Below, piece by piece: positions 19,640 through 28,618 of a stretch of 64,000 nt of DNA. The position numbers and the translations under genes are program-made. Positions within the stretch are counted from its first letter, which is position 1, and every line of letters begins with the position of its first letter. This stretch comes from Bdellovibrionales bacterium (lineage in GTDB: Bacteria; Bdellovibrionota; Bdellovibrionia; Bdellovibrionales; CAYMLA01), in contig OZ244239.1 of assembly GCA_965217115.1 (NCBI GenBank), positions 160,001 to 224,000 of the forward strand. Reading direction: 5' to 3'. The notes beneath the pieces were generated by a model. It ran no database searches. It was not told where the DNA came from and saw only the letters and a list, made by a program, of their open reading frames with translations.

Positions 19640-19666
19640 GACCTTTTGTGAAGGAGAACTTAGATT
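19638..19666 (+). promoter_or_regulatory. Putative sigma70 promoter of tRNA-Val
   Basis: TTGACC-N17-TAGATT, ending 17 nt before the tRNA 5' end. Confidence 0.7.
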
Positions 19667-19683
19667 CTTCTTAAATCTTGCAT

Positions 19684-19759
19684 GATCCCTTGGCGCAGTT
19701 GGTAGCGCGTCACCTTGACATGGTGAAGGTCACTGGTTCGAATCCAGTAGGGATCACCA
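19684..19759 (+). tRNA. tRNA-Val (GAC)
   Basis: Full cloverleaf: GATCCCT/AGGGATC acceptor stem, TCACC-TTGACAT-GGTGA anticodon arm, GGTTCGAATCC, encoded CCA. Confidence 0.97.
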
Positions 19760-19773
19760 TTCATTCCTTGGCT

Positions 19774-19802
19774 CTTCTCCATTAAGTGGGGCAAGTTTTT
19801 TT
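19774..19802 (+). terminator. Putative intrinsic terminator after tRNA-Val
   Basis: CTTCTCCA-ttaag-TGGGGCAAG followed by T7. Confidence 0.5.
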
Positions 19803-19820
19803 CTGATGAGCCGTTTTCTT

Positions 19821-19960
19821 TCTAGAGTCTCTCCCAAAAGAATCCAGCCCTTTTCTTGCTCAAACATCCGTTTGTCACCTCCCATTGCAGAAAAATGCAA
19901 TGGAAGTCGCCAAGCCAAACTCGCCGAAAAGAACTGGATTCTTTTGGGAGAGACTCTAGA
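19821..19960. mobile_element. 140-bp long-hairpin element, copy 1 (MITE-like or structured RNA)
   Basis: 27-bp perfect terminal inverted repeat TCTAGAGTCTCTCCCAAAAGAATCCAG; inner stem CCATTGCA/TGCAATGG; three copies in the window. Confidence 0.8.
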
Positions 19961-20024
19961 AAAAAATGCTATATTCAATCAATGGGTCAATGGATCTCTA
20001 GTGTAATATCAAAGGGAATTGTAC

Positions 20025-20084
20025 AAAAGAGAGCCCTCAAGATGAGTCTCTTGGGAACAGTTCCACTACTTATCACAAAGAACC
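20025..20084. repeat. 60-bp block shared with 40137-40196, downstream of hairpin copies 1 and 3
   Basis: 57/60 identical by eye; contains a small AAGAGA...TCTCTT hairpin. Confidence 0.85.
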
Positions 20085-20176
20085 AGTTAAATGGGTAAAA
20101 ATTTGACGAAAATGGTCACTGTCAATTTATTAGACAGAGTATTTTGTTTAAGACTTAAGTTAATTGCCATATGAAT

Positions 20177-20193
20177 TAGGCATCTATTTTGCT
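20177..20193 (+). promoter_or_regulatory. Putative sigma54 (-24/-12) promoter
   Basis: TAGGCATCTATTTTGCT (GG-N10-GC); upstream CTGTC-N9-GACAG palindrome at 20119-20137. Confidence 0.55.
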
Positions 20194-20252
20194 CTATAAA
20201 ATTACTGTATAGTCTAGATGACTTATAATTTTATAACAATAGGATCGTATTT

Positions 20253-20777
20253 ATGAAAAATCTAATAATTTTATTTGTGGGTTTATTACTAAATAATTTC
20301 TCCACTAGTTACGCACTTACTAAGACATACACCTTTAATGACGACAGTAACAGGCAGTTTAAATTCCAAGTAAGCGACACAGAAATAAAGATACCAGCGT
20401 ATAGCGTAAAGGCGGATGCTCATTCCCTTAACAATTATAAGATCGAAAAGGGAAAAACTGTTATTTGGTCTCAATATACTATGGAGGTAATACCACGTAC
20501 GGTGGGAACAAGAACAAGTGTTGATAGTCTAACGAATTGTCTAACCGTACATTCCAAAGGTGTCCTATTCATTCCTAGTCGTCATACGGTCGGTACAGAA
20601 AGAGCTATTGAATTTTGTGATGATAAAATAAAACTGCATTATGAAGATTACACATTAAATAGAGACACCGGAGAAAACCTAACGGGAACACGTTATATAG
20701 CTCCTGTAAAAATCGTAAAAGTGCCTGATTTGGAAAGAGGTTCACTTGAGTATATCTTAGGGTTTTTAGGTATTTAA
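20253..20777 (+). CDS. Hypothetical secreted protein
   Basis: Signal peptide and AGGA SD; no recognised family. Confidence 0.75.
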   Translation: MKNLIILFVGLLLNNFSTSYALTKTYTFNDDSNRQFKFQVSDTEIKIPAYSVKADAHSLNNYKIEKGKTVIWSQYTMEVIPRTVGTRTSVDSLTNCLTVHSKGVLFIPSRHTVGTERAIEFCDDKIKLHYEDYTLNRDTGENLTGTRYIAPVKIVKVPDLERGSLEYILGFLGI

Positions 20778-20877
20778 ATATCAGCCTGCGTATATGAGGT
20801 CTTTTATGGACCCATAACGCCCCCTGTTTTCCACTGAATTAGATATTTCTGAGCCATTATCAATGGTTCAACGGGCT

Positions 20878-20922
20878 TAGAACTACGGGCGCCATTCGCC
20901 TTTAGGTTCTAGGTTTTTTTTT
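20878..20922 (+). terminator. Putative intrinsic terminator
   Basis: TAGAACTACGGGCG-ccatt-CGCCTTTAGGTTCTA followed by a T run. Confidence 0.5.
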
Positions 20923-21604
20923 AACAGTGTTTGTCCATGCGATTTTGTAGGTCTGTAACAACCTCTTTGCGAAAACCTGAAGGATTTCCGCTCGCCTTGT
21001 CTCCCTTGTATTCAGCGATATCTAATTCTTCAAAAGAGATCTTAATTTTCTTAAAAATACGGGGGATTCTCTGCCCTGGGCTTTGAACGTGGTGAAGTCC
21101 TCCACTGTACCCGATAAGCATTTTTCCGTTATCTAGTCTGGACAATATCTCAGCGACGCCCCCTTTTATGTTCATGAGTTTGCCGTGTTTATCTAAACCA
21201 TCAGCCCTCTTCATGCGACCTTCTGGGAAAATCACTGCAATAGAATTTCCTTGTATCTGATTAATGAACCGTTCCCATGTGTCATCTCGTTTTCGGGTTA
21301 TAGGAATACAGTTTGGAAATAAGTATTTATATAACTTTCCCACCAGAGGACGGTTCATCGTTACATCAGCCACGGGAATAACTATCCGCTCAATAGCTCT
21401 CCACAATCTGATATTAGGCACTGCTGAAATAAAAAGAGGCTCAAAGAGGCTTGTATGATTTAAAATCACCACTAAGCGAAGTTCTTCCCAATGAATATCC
21501 TCTTTGGGCGTGAGCCATTTTGCCTCGGTGTAGTATAAAAGGCGACTCACAATTTTGATCATAAAAACAAAAAAAGCACTTAATAATTTTATAGCTGGAT
21601 TCAT
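20921..21604 (-). CDS. Lysophospholipid acyltransferase (PlsC-like)
   Basis: NHTSLFE (HX4D variant with E) and FPEGR motifs. Confidence 0.82.
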   Translation of the reverse strand: MNPAIKLLSAFFVFMIKIVSRLLYYTEAKWLTPKEDIHWEELRLVVILNHTSLFEPLFISAVPNIRLWRAIERIVIPVADVTMNRPLVGKLYKYLFPNCIPITRKRDDTWERFINQIQGNSIAVIFPEGRMKRADGLDKHGKLMNIKGGVAEILSRLDNGKMLIGYSGGLHHVQSPGQRIPRIFKKIKISFEELDIAEYKGDKASGNPSGFRKEVVTDLQNRMDKHC

Positions 21605-21781
21605 GATGACAATGTATTCTAAATTTGGATATTTTTCTATCTGGAAGAGGGCTTTTTCTTGAGATACTGTAATAACTTAAGAAACTCTTGTAAAAATTTC
21701 AGTGACCCCTAAATATACAGAAATAAAAATGGACTTAGTGTGCTATTATACACTCTTATTATCTTTTATGGAGGAAGTCCC

Positions 21782-22228
21782 ATGGGTCTCACATCACACT
21801 CTCGATTCAAGCATGATATTGTTCAAGTCTTTCAAGATGGTGATTGCATCTTTAAGGAAGGTGATAATGGGAAAGACCTCTTTATCATTCAAAGGGGAGC
21901 TGTTAAAGCCTTTAAAAAAATAAACAATGAACAAGTTGAAATAGCTGCATTCGAGCGGGGTGATTTTTTCGGTGATATTGGTTTACTCCAAGATATTCCT
22001 CGATATGCCTCTGCCTACGCTAAAGGAGAGGTGCAGCTGCTCATTCTTGGCCCAGCGGGATTTCTATTAAAAATTCGTCGGGATCCCACCTTTGCCTTTG
22101 AAATGCTCCAACAATTAACCCATAGAGTGAAGGTCTCTAACGATCGCCTCTTAGAGTTAGTTAATAAATTTGATTTGCCAAAAGATGATTTGCAAAAAAT
22201 CCTTTTTAATTTAGACGGTAAACCGTGA
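21782..22228 (+). CDS. Cyclic-nucleotide-binding domain protein (no HTH seen)
   Basis: IFKEGD..LFII..G.V, GDFFGD and PRYASA motifs; start refined to ATG 21782 after GGAGG. Confidence 0.85.
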   Translation: MGLTSHSRFKHDIVQVFQDGDCIFKEGDNGKDLFIIQRGAVKAFKKINNEQVEIAAFERGDFFGDIGLLQDIPRYASAYAKGEVQLLILGPAGFLLKIRRDPTFAFEMLQQLTHRVKVSNDRLLELVNKFDLPKDDLQKILFNLDGKP

Positions 22229-22950
22229 TTACAAATATCTACTCTGAGAAAATGGTTATTATTTCAGATATGCATGTGGGAAATCCATTTTCAACTGCAC
22301 ATAATAGGGTCATCTCTTTTATCAAGTGGGCCTCAGAAAATGATTACGATATTTGCATAAACGGAGATGGTCTTGAAATTGCTCAAGCCAGTTTCTTAAA
22401 GATAGCTGTTGAAGTTCCAAAAATCCTCCTTGCAATCAGTGAAGTTATTAAGTCAGGTAACAAAATTTATTATATTATTGGTAATCATGATATTGTCTTA
22501 GAACACTTTCTCGAAAACTGGGGAGCCATAAAAGTATCTCCTTTTCTAAATGTGACATCTGGTGATAAGAGAATACGTGTTGAGCATGGCCATATTTATG
22601 ATCCTTTCTTCATTAAGCATCCAATGCTTTACGAAGTGAGCACCCAAATAGGGGGAGTGTTTCTGAGATGCTGGCCCCGTTTTTATCGTTTTTGGATTTT
22701 ATTTGAGAGACTCAAATCACGTATCCGCAGTCGAAAGACTGGCATTATTGGAGAGCATCCAAGTTTTGCTGAAGCTGCCGAAGAGATCAGCATGAGGGGG
22801 TTTGATTCCGTGATTTTTGGACACACTCATCATCCAGGTGAGAGGAAACTAAAATCAGGTGCCATGTATTACAACACTGGCTCTTGGATGAGACAGAGCC
22901 AGTATATCACCATTGAGAGTGGCCATCTAAATCTATCCGAATTTACTTAA
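22225..22950 (+). CDS. LpxH-like metallophosphoesterase
   Basis: ISDMH, NGD, GNHD, EHGH, FGHTH and YNTGSW motifs. Confidence 0.82.
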   Translation: MITNIYSEKMVIISDMHVGNPFSTAHNRVISFIKWASENDYDICINGDGLEIAQASFLKIAVEVPKILLAISEVIKSGNKIYYIIGNHDIVLEHFLENWGAIKVSPFLNVTSGDKRIRVEHGHIYDPFFIKHPMLYEVSTQIGGVFLRCWPRFYRFWILFERLKSRIRSRKTGIIGEHPSFAEAAEEISMRGFDSVIFGHTHHPGERKLKSGAMYYNTGSWMRQSQYITIESGHLNLSEFT

Positions 22951-22954
22951 ATAG

Positions 22955-24613
22955 CTATTCCTCTTTTAAGGCTCGCCGTAAAACCTTACCCACATTTGTC
23001 TTTGGTAAATCATCGCGAAATTCAATGTGTTTTGGAACCTTGTAGCCCGTAAAGTTCTCGCGACAAAAAGCCTTTAACTCATCTTTAGTTAAAGAGGCAT
23101 CTTTTTTAACAACAAAGATTTTAACGGCTTCTCCTGACTTCTCATCAGACACACCAATCGCCGCAACTTCTAGAACCTTTTCATGATTTGCAACAACATC
23201 CTCAATTTCATTGGGAAAGACGTTAAAACCTGAAACCAAGATCATATCTTTCTTGCGATCGACAATACGGGTGAAACCGTCTTCCTCAACAATGGCAATA
23301 TCTCCGGTATATAACCATCCATCTATGATTGTTTTGGCTGTTTCATCATCCCTCTGCCAGTAACCTCTCATCACTTGAGGGCCTTTCACGCACAGTTCCC
23401 CACGCTCACCAAAACCGAGCTCATTGCCATCGTCATCGATAATCTTAACATCTGTACTAGGAAGCGCATATCCGATATAACTGTCCCTTTGACCACCACC
23501 AACAGGGTTACAGTGGGTGACAGGGGAGGCTTCTGTCAGCCCAAACCCTTGGGTGGCAGGTGTTCCAGTCACTTCATTCCACTGTTTTGCGACGGAGCTT
23601 TGCAGGGCCATGCCACCAGCCACAGTCAACTTCAAGCTTTTCTTTAAGTCTAGTTTTGCAAAATCTGGATGCTTAAGTAATGCATTAAATAAAGTGTTCA
23701 CTCCCGTCATAACTGTAAAAGGGTATTTACCCATGTCTTTAATGAAAGATTTAAAATCCCTGGGGTTAGTTATTAAAATATTACGGGCACCAAAGGAGAA
23801 AAAGCTAAAGCAATTCACCGTTAAGGAGAATATATGGTACAGGGGCAGGGGAGTGATAATAGTGTCTTCTCCCTCATCTAAAGATCCCCGCATCCAAGAC
23901 GAGATCTGTTCAATATTTGAGAGCATGTTTTCATGGGTGAGCACAGCCCCCTTGGAGACACCTGTTGTTCCCCCCGTGTATTGTAAAAACGCAATATCAT
24001 CCAAGTTTGTTTCCACGGGGACAAAACTCTTACCAGCACCAACGACGAGGGTTTTCCAAAACGGGATGCTATCCTTAATATCAAAGGCGGGAACCATTTT
24101 TTTGACGTACTTCACAACAGAATTGATGAGTAATCTCTTCGGCAGAGGCAACATATCAGCAACTTCAGTGACAATCACTTTCTCTACGGGTGTCTTATCC
24201 AGAACTCCCTGTAAGACACGGGCGCAACCAGCGTAAACAAGTATCGCTTTAGCCCCTGAATCTTTGAGCTGATGTTCCAGCTCACGGGCTGTGTAAAGGG
24301 GGTTCACATTGACAATAATAAGACCGGCCTTTAAGGCAGCAAATAAGGCAATGGGATATTGTAATACGTTTGGCATTTGAATAGCAAAACGATCTCCTTT
24401 CTTGAGATTCAGATGATTCTGAAGATAGGATGCAAAGTCATTAGAGAGTTGATCAATTTCAGAATAGGTGAGGTCACAACCAAAATTAGTATAAGCCAAC
24501 TGGTCTGAAAAATTCACGGCACTTTTTTGTATTAACTCGCTTAAGGAGTTATATTTTAAAGAGATCCCATGGGGAATTCCTTCGGGGTAATTCTTAAGCC
24601 AAACCTTGTCCAT
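22955..24613 (-). CDS. fadD: Long-chain fatty acid--CoA ligase
   Basis: YTGGTTGVSKG, GFGLTEASP, TGD and DRKKDMILVSGFNVFPNEIE motifs. Confidence 0.95.
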   Translation of the reverse strand: MDKVWLKNYPEGIPHGISLKYNSLSELIQKSAVNFSDQLAYTNFGCDLTYSEIDQLSNDFASYLQNHLNLKKGDRFAIQMPNVLQYPIALFAALKAGLIIVNVNPLYTARELEHQLKDSGAKAILVYAGCARVLQGVLDKTPVEKVIVTEVADMLPLPKRLLINSVVKYVKKMVPAFDIKDSIPFWKTLVVGAGKSFVPVETNLDDIAFLQYTGGTTGVSKGAVLTHENMLSNIEQISSWMRGSLDEGEDTIITPLPLYHIFSLTVNCFSFFSFGARNILITNPRDFKSFIKDMGKYPFTVMTGVNTLFNALLKHPDFAKLDLKKSLKLTVAGGMALQSSVAKQWNEVTGTPATQGFGLTEASPVTHCNPVGGGQRDSYIGYALPSTDVKIIDDDGNELGFGERGELCVKGPQVMRGYWQRDDETAKTIIDGWLYTGDIAIVEEDGFTRIVDRKKDMILVSGFNVFPNEIEDVVANHEKVLEVAAIGVSDEKSGEAVKIFVVKKDASLTKDELKAFCRENFTGYKVPKHIEFRDDLPKTNVGKVLRRALKEE

Positions 24614-24816
24614 TTTCTTCCTTCTTTCTTTCTAGATTAAAAGATATTTAGGTTAAAAGATATTTTCGATAATTATAGGGAGTTTTTCTACAGATAGTAG
24701 GTTTTTTTTGCAGGGCTACAAAAGAGCTGGTTCCCACCATCTCTTAATGTAACATAATATTACTTATCAGATATTAATCCCTTTAAATGATTTCCTATCC
24801 CCGGCAGCCTTCCCAT

Positions 24817-24844
24817 AAAAAAAGCCTCCCTTAACCAGGAGGCT
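24817..24844 (-). terminator. Intrinsic terminator for 24891-26069
   Basis: AGCCTCC/GGAGGCT stem with A7 on + (U-tract on minus). Confidence 0.7.
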
Positions 24845-24890
24845 CTTAACACATTTAACACATGGGTCTGTCTCCCATCTCTGCCAAAGT

Positions 24891-26069
24891 TTAAAGGCCC
24901 TTTTCCTTCAGTAAAAAATCTCCCAAGTCTCTGCCTTTCTTCTTCGTTCCAACGTCTTTCTGAGTGAGATTATCGGCAATGTCACTAGCTAGCTCTGATT
25001 CACTCCGTTTAGCAAAGGTATTGAAGATATTCATAGCATACCTGCCAATCGCACCTATAGACATTACGGCACTGACAGGGTTCCATTTAAAGCCCTTGGT
25101 TTCAACAATTTTTCCCGATGCCCCAAAAACCTTGGCCACCGTAAAAAAGGCATAGTCAGGCATCATATCAGAGAGCTTCATGCCCCTACTATTACCGCCA
25201 GTGACGCTGTCCATATCGTACAAGACACCCAATTTATAATTATTAGGACCTTTGATTAGTTTTGGAATCCTTCCAAATAAGCCGCTCAGTCCAGGAGCTA
25301 GCTTTTGGACAGCAGTCTTAATATAAGTAAGATTGCTTATGGAAACACTTGTGGCAAGACCTGTAAAATCATCAGGCTTCACCATCTTATCCTTTAGATC
25401 CCAAATCAATCCCACTCCTAAACGTGATGTTCGACCAGGGCTGGCCATCTGAACTTCAAAATTAGCTGCATCACCATGGGGCCAGAAAATAACATTCCAA
25501 AGAGCGTCCCGTTTTTCTTCAAGAACTTCCCCTGTTCTAACACTGATTGTTTGCGCAATGACAGGTGTCATAATAATTCCGAAGCTAACCGAGCCTAGGC
25601 TTAAATATCTAAGCTTAGGGGCTGCTTCTTTACCCTTGTTCTTGCCCATTAATTTTGTTGCAAAGAAAATCATATAGGACTTCGGCAGCAGATCATTCAT
25701 CGATATTTCTCCACCAATCTGATCTCTTCTCTTTTTATATTCCGAATTGACTCCTTTAATTAAAGACTCCAGCGTCTCGTAAATCCTGTTACGCTTCGCA
25801 ATGAAATTATCCTCATTTTTATCGTTGAACATCTTATCAGTCACTTGACCACTCTGTCTTAACTTATTAAGCTCCCTCAGTAATAGAGCTGTGCCTTTCT
25901 GGGCCATTTGTTGGGCAATCTCCTCAGAGCTGGTTATCTCTGTCCTAGGCTGATAAGATATAATAGTCTTTTCATCATCCCCCATTTGAAGAAGATTAGC
26001 ACCACTCACCATTGGCAGTGAAAGAACAAAAATAACAGCACTTAATCGTAAACCTCTATTGAAACACAT
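24891..26069 (-). CDS. Hypothetical secreted protein
   Basis: 392-aa ORF with signal peptide and AGGAG SD. Confidence 0.75.
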   Translation of the reverse strand: MCFNRGLRLSAVIFVLSLPMVSGANLLQMGDDEKTIISYQPRTEITSSEEIAQQMAQKGTALLLRELNKLRQSGQVTDKMFNDKNEDNFIAKRNRIYETLESLIKGVNSEYKKRRDQIGGEISMNDLLPKSYMIFFATKLMGKNKGKEAAPKLRYLSLGSVSFGIIMTPVIAQTISVRTGEVLEEKRDALWNVIFWPHGDAANFEVQMASPGRTSRLGVGLIWDLKDKMVKPDDFTGLATSVSISNLTYIKTAVQKLAPGLSGLFGRIPKLIKGPNNYKLGVLYDMDSVTGGNSRGMKLSDMMPDYAFFTVAKVFGASGKIVETKGFKWNPVSAVMSIGAIGRYAMNIFNTFAKRSESELASDIADNLTQKDVGTKKKGRDLGDFLLKEKGL

Positions 26070-26225
26070 TAGAAACTCCTTAAAAGTTAAAATTAATTCT
26101 TAATTCGTGGGAGAAGAGTTAGCACTTTTTCTACGACAGAGGTACTTCTCAATTTCTCTTTATAAATTTTATAATCCCAAGGCCTCAGGCTAGATGTTTC
26201 CGCTGTCTTAGTGTATAATCTCTGA

Positions 26226-27026
26226 ATGGAAAATCCTAAACGAAAGATGTTTCTATGTATTTTTTTCATTATCACCTTTGCTGGAAATCTCAGTGCAGAT
26301 ATCCCTTGCTCTCCAAGTGAGGAATCTAAGGGAGATTTGATTAAAAAAGTGGCGTACTATACTGATAATGATCGGGTGGTCATTCGTTTCCTACAGAGAG
26401 AGAGCTTCTTTAATTTTGAAATGTGTCTGGGTTCAGATGGCTCTGATTTCCAAGTTGAGAATTTTGACCAGTTTTCGGTCCATGAGTGCAAGCTTCTAAG
26501 CCCTAAATGGGTTTCACTCTCATTTATTGATACCCTTGAATTCAAAGCTCTCTTTCTAAAGAGCTTAGAAGAAAAAGTCGAGGGGGCCAAAGAAATGGCG
26601 AAGATAGTCAATAAAGCCATCTCCTACGCACGTGTATTAGATTCCTTAGCTTTAATGCCGCTTATTTTAACGGAGTCTGCCCTCGTCTATTTGTCTTACA
26701 AGGTTCCTAATATGTTTCCTAGTCGCCTTTCAAAAAAAATCATCCGCCACGCAGCCTGGCTCATTCTCATTTATGTGGTGTACGATATTTATCAGGGCAG
26801 TCAAATTAAAGAAGAGGTGGTGACGGCCCCAGACCATCGAGCTATTTCACTTGAGAGGTTCATTCAAGAACAGAATAAAACAACAAAGGCCCTCAGTCCT
26901 CAGATGCTCAGCACTGAAGCCAACAAGTTGATTTATCTTCTTGAAGAGTCCCTCACAGAAACTCTTGCTCAGTTAGAGAGTGCTGCATCACAGAGATGTG
27001 GTGCCCTTGCTGCTACATCCAATTAA
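26226..27026 (+). CDS. Hypothetical membrane/secreted protein
   Basis: Signal peptide plus two hydrophobic segments. Confidence 0.7.
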   Translation: MENPKRKMFLCIFFIITFAGNLSADIPCSPSEESKGDLIKKVAYYTDNDRVVIRFLQRESFFNFEMCLGSDGSDFQVENFDQFSVHECKLLSPKWVSLSFIDTLEFKALFLKSLEEKVEGAKEMAKIVNKAISYARVLDSLALMPLILTESALVYLSYKVPNMFPSRLSKKIIRHAAWLILIYVVYDIYQGSQIKEEVVTAPDHRAISLERFIQEQNKTTKALSPQMLSTEANKLIYLLEESLTETLAQLESAASQRCGALAATSN

Positions 27027-27084
27027 TGGTAACACTTAAAAAAAACCATGTGAAATGGAACTAACTCATTTTTAGGAGCTCGTT

Positions 27085-27684
27085 ATGGTGAATATTCAGT
27101 GGACCAAGATAGATGACGATAGAATGAAATTCTCTTTGGAGCAGCAAATTAGCTCCAGGGAAGTTCACTACTCCTCAGCACAGAAGGCCAACGTCTCCCC
27201 TATTGCAACGAAAATATTTGGTTTCCCTTGGACCGAATCAATAACCGTGGGAAGTCAATTCGTTACAATCCAAAAACAAAACTGGGTGGAGTGGGATACC
27301 TTAGCCGAACCACTGGCCCAATTAATAAAAGAACACATTCTGACTTATGTTGAATCTTCAAAGAATGGAGAAATTGAGGAAAACCCCGAATTAACTATAA
27401 ATAAAGAGGCGGTTCAATTAAAATCCCCTGAGGCTCAAAAAATTCAACGGCTTATTGAGGAGAGGATTAACCCTGCTGTGGCCGATCACGGAGGTTTTGT
27501 GTCTCTGGTGGATTATAAGGACGAGAATGTGTATGTTAAGCTTGGAGGAGGCTGCCAAGGTTGCTCAATGTCCCAGGCAACTCTAAAAGAAGGCATCGCA
27601 ACTTCTATTATGGAGGCATTTCCTCAAGTCAAAGAAGTGATTGATGTCACTGACCACAGCCAAGGGGAAACACCTTTTTACTGA
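27085..27684 (+). CDS. NifU/NfuA-family Fe-S scaffold
   Basis: Nfu N-terminal scaffold plus INPAVADHGG and LGGGCQGC motifs. Confidence 0.9.
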   Translation: MVNIQWTKIDDDRMKFSLEQQISSREVHYSSAQKANVSPIATKIFGFPWTESITVGSQFVTIQKQNWVEWDTLAEPLAQLIKEHILTYVESSKNGEIEENPELTINKEAVQLKSPEAQKIQRLIEERINPAVADHGGFVSLVDYKDENVYVKLGGGCQGCSMSQATLKEGIATSIMEAFPQVKEVIDVTDHSQGETPFY

Positions 27685-27698
27685 TTTGTATTTCCTTT

Positions 27699-28250
27699 CT
27701 AACGGGTCACCTTGTATCTATTAATGCTCTTATATCTGATCCCCATTAAATCTGCCACTGGAACAGGTTCATAGCACATCTCATGTATCCCCCCTGAAAT
27801 AACTCCCATCCGAACAGGGGTATCTACATGGGGGGAACCAGGAGTTCCAGTTCTTTTATAAACGACAACTCCATGCTCATTTCCAAAGTCACAGTAATCA
27901 TCACCCAGTTGAATAGGAGCAAAGTAATAGTGCTCATTTCCTAGTTTAAAAACTAAGACCTGTGCATTATTGTCAAAGGTAATACCCTCACACTTTGATT
28001 CCCAAGAATCACCACTCCAAAAACTGGAAAAGGGACCATTGGAGTAATCCGTCTCAAAAGTTTTAACTCGGCTTATGCAGTCACTGGACAGAGAAACGGC
28101 TTGACGGAAAAGCTTCTTAGCCTCCTGTGTTTCATCCACCTTCTCAATGGATTTTAAGTCGCTTGAAACATTGTCATAAAAGCTCTTCGAAGAAGCCTGA
28201 GAACTAAAAGGCATTAAAAATAAGATGGGCATCATAAATAGTTTTTTCAT
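27699..28250 (-). CDS. Hypothetical secreted protein
   Basis: MKK signal peptide, four Cys, AAGGA SD. Confidence 0.75.
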   Translation of the reverse strand: MKKLFMMPILFLMPFSSQASSKSFYDNVSSDLKSIEKVDETQEAKKLFRQAVSLSSDCISRVKTFETDYSNGPFSSFWSGDSWESKCEGITFDNNAQVLVFKLGNEHYYFAPIQLGDDYCDFGNEHGVVVYKRTGTPGSPHVDTPVRMGVISGGIHEMCYEPVPVADLMGIRYKSINRYKVTR

Positions 28251-28618
28251 ATCGTCCTTCCCGTGGGTTTGTTTTTGGATCTCATACTAGATTTTTGAAT
28301 AACTGTACATCCATTCAAGGGAAAAACCTGAAAATAGAGGGCCAGTGTATTTTTTTTAAATGGGAGGCTGTGAGATTTACGGGAGGCCCCTCTTAGCTGC
28401 ACCGCATTTTCCTGTTATTTATCACTATAATCACCATCGTCTCTAGCTTGTTATCCATTCAGAACCACCACAGATACTATGGGATTAAAGGGATAAGTTT
28501 GACTTTAGTAAATTTTATAATGTATAAACAACAGGAGCTTTTGACTTAGAGACTCTGCCCATATGCAGAGAACCAGTCAGGCATAGTGTTGTAACCTTCT
28601 CTATCATGGAGTAATGCT

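Noticed and set aside
19821..19960. Hairpin as 6S RNA, SRP RNA, retron msr-msd, integron attC or riboswitch
   Set aside because: Three near-identical dispersed copies; no SRP GGAA loop, no RYYYAAC/GTTRRRY ends, no reverse transcriptase or integron integrase in the window, and no recognisable aptamer. An Rfam search is still needed to exclude these formally.
19994..20024. Variable linker between conserved blocks as a guide or spacer sequence
   Set aside because: The linkers of copies 1 and 3 still align (CTCT..GTGTAA..TATC..GG), so they are diverged homologs rather than swapped spacers.
19754..20098. Short ORFs over the hairpin copies (19754, 19806, 19856, 35729, 39859, 39881) as a protein family
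   Set aside because: They arise from the repeat itself; starts and stops differ between copies, and copy 2 has a TAG in the SRVSPKRI frame on the + strand.
23375..24236. Long antisense ORFs inside fadD (and similar ones inside the TonB receptor and exbD)
   Set aside because: They are shadows of well-supported genes on the opposite strand, with no motifs of their own.
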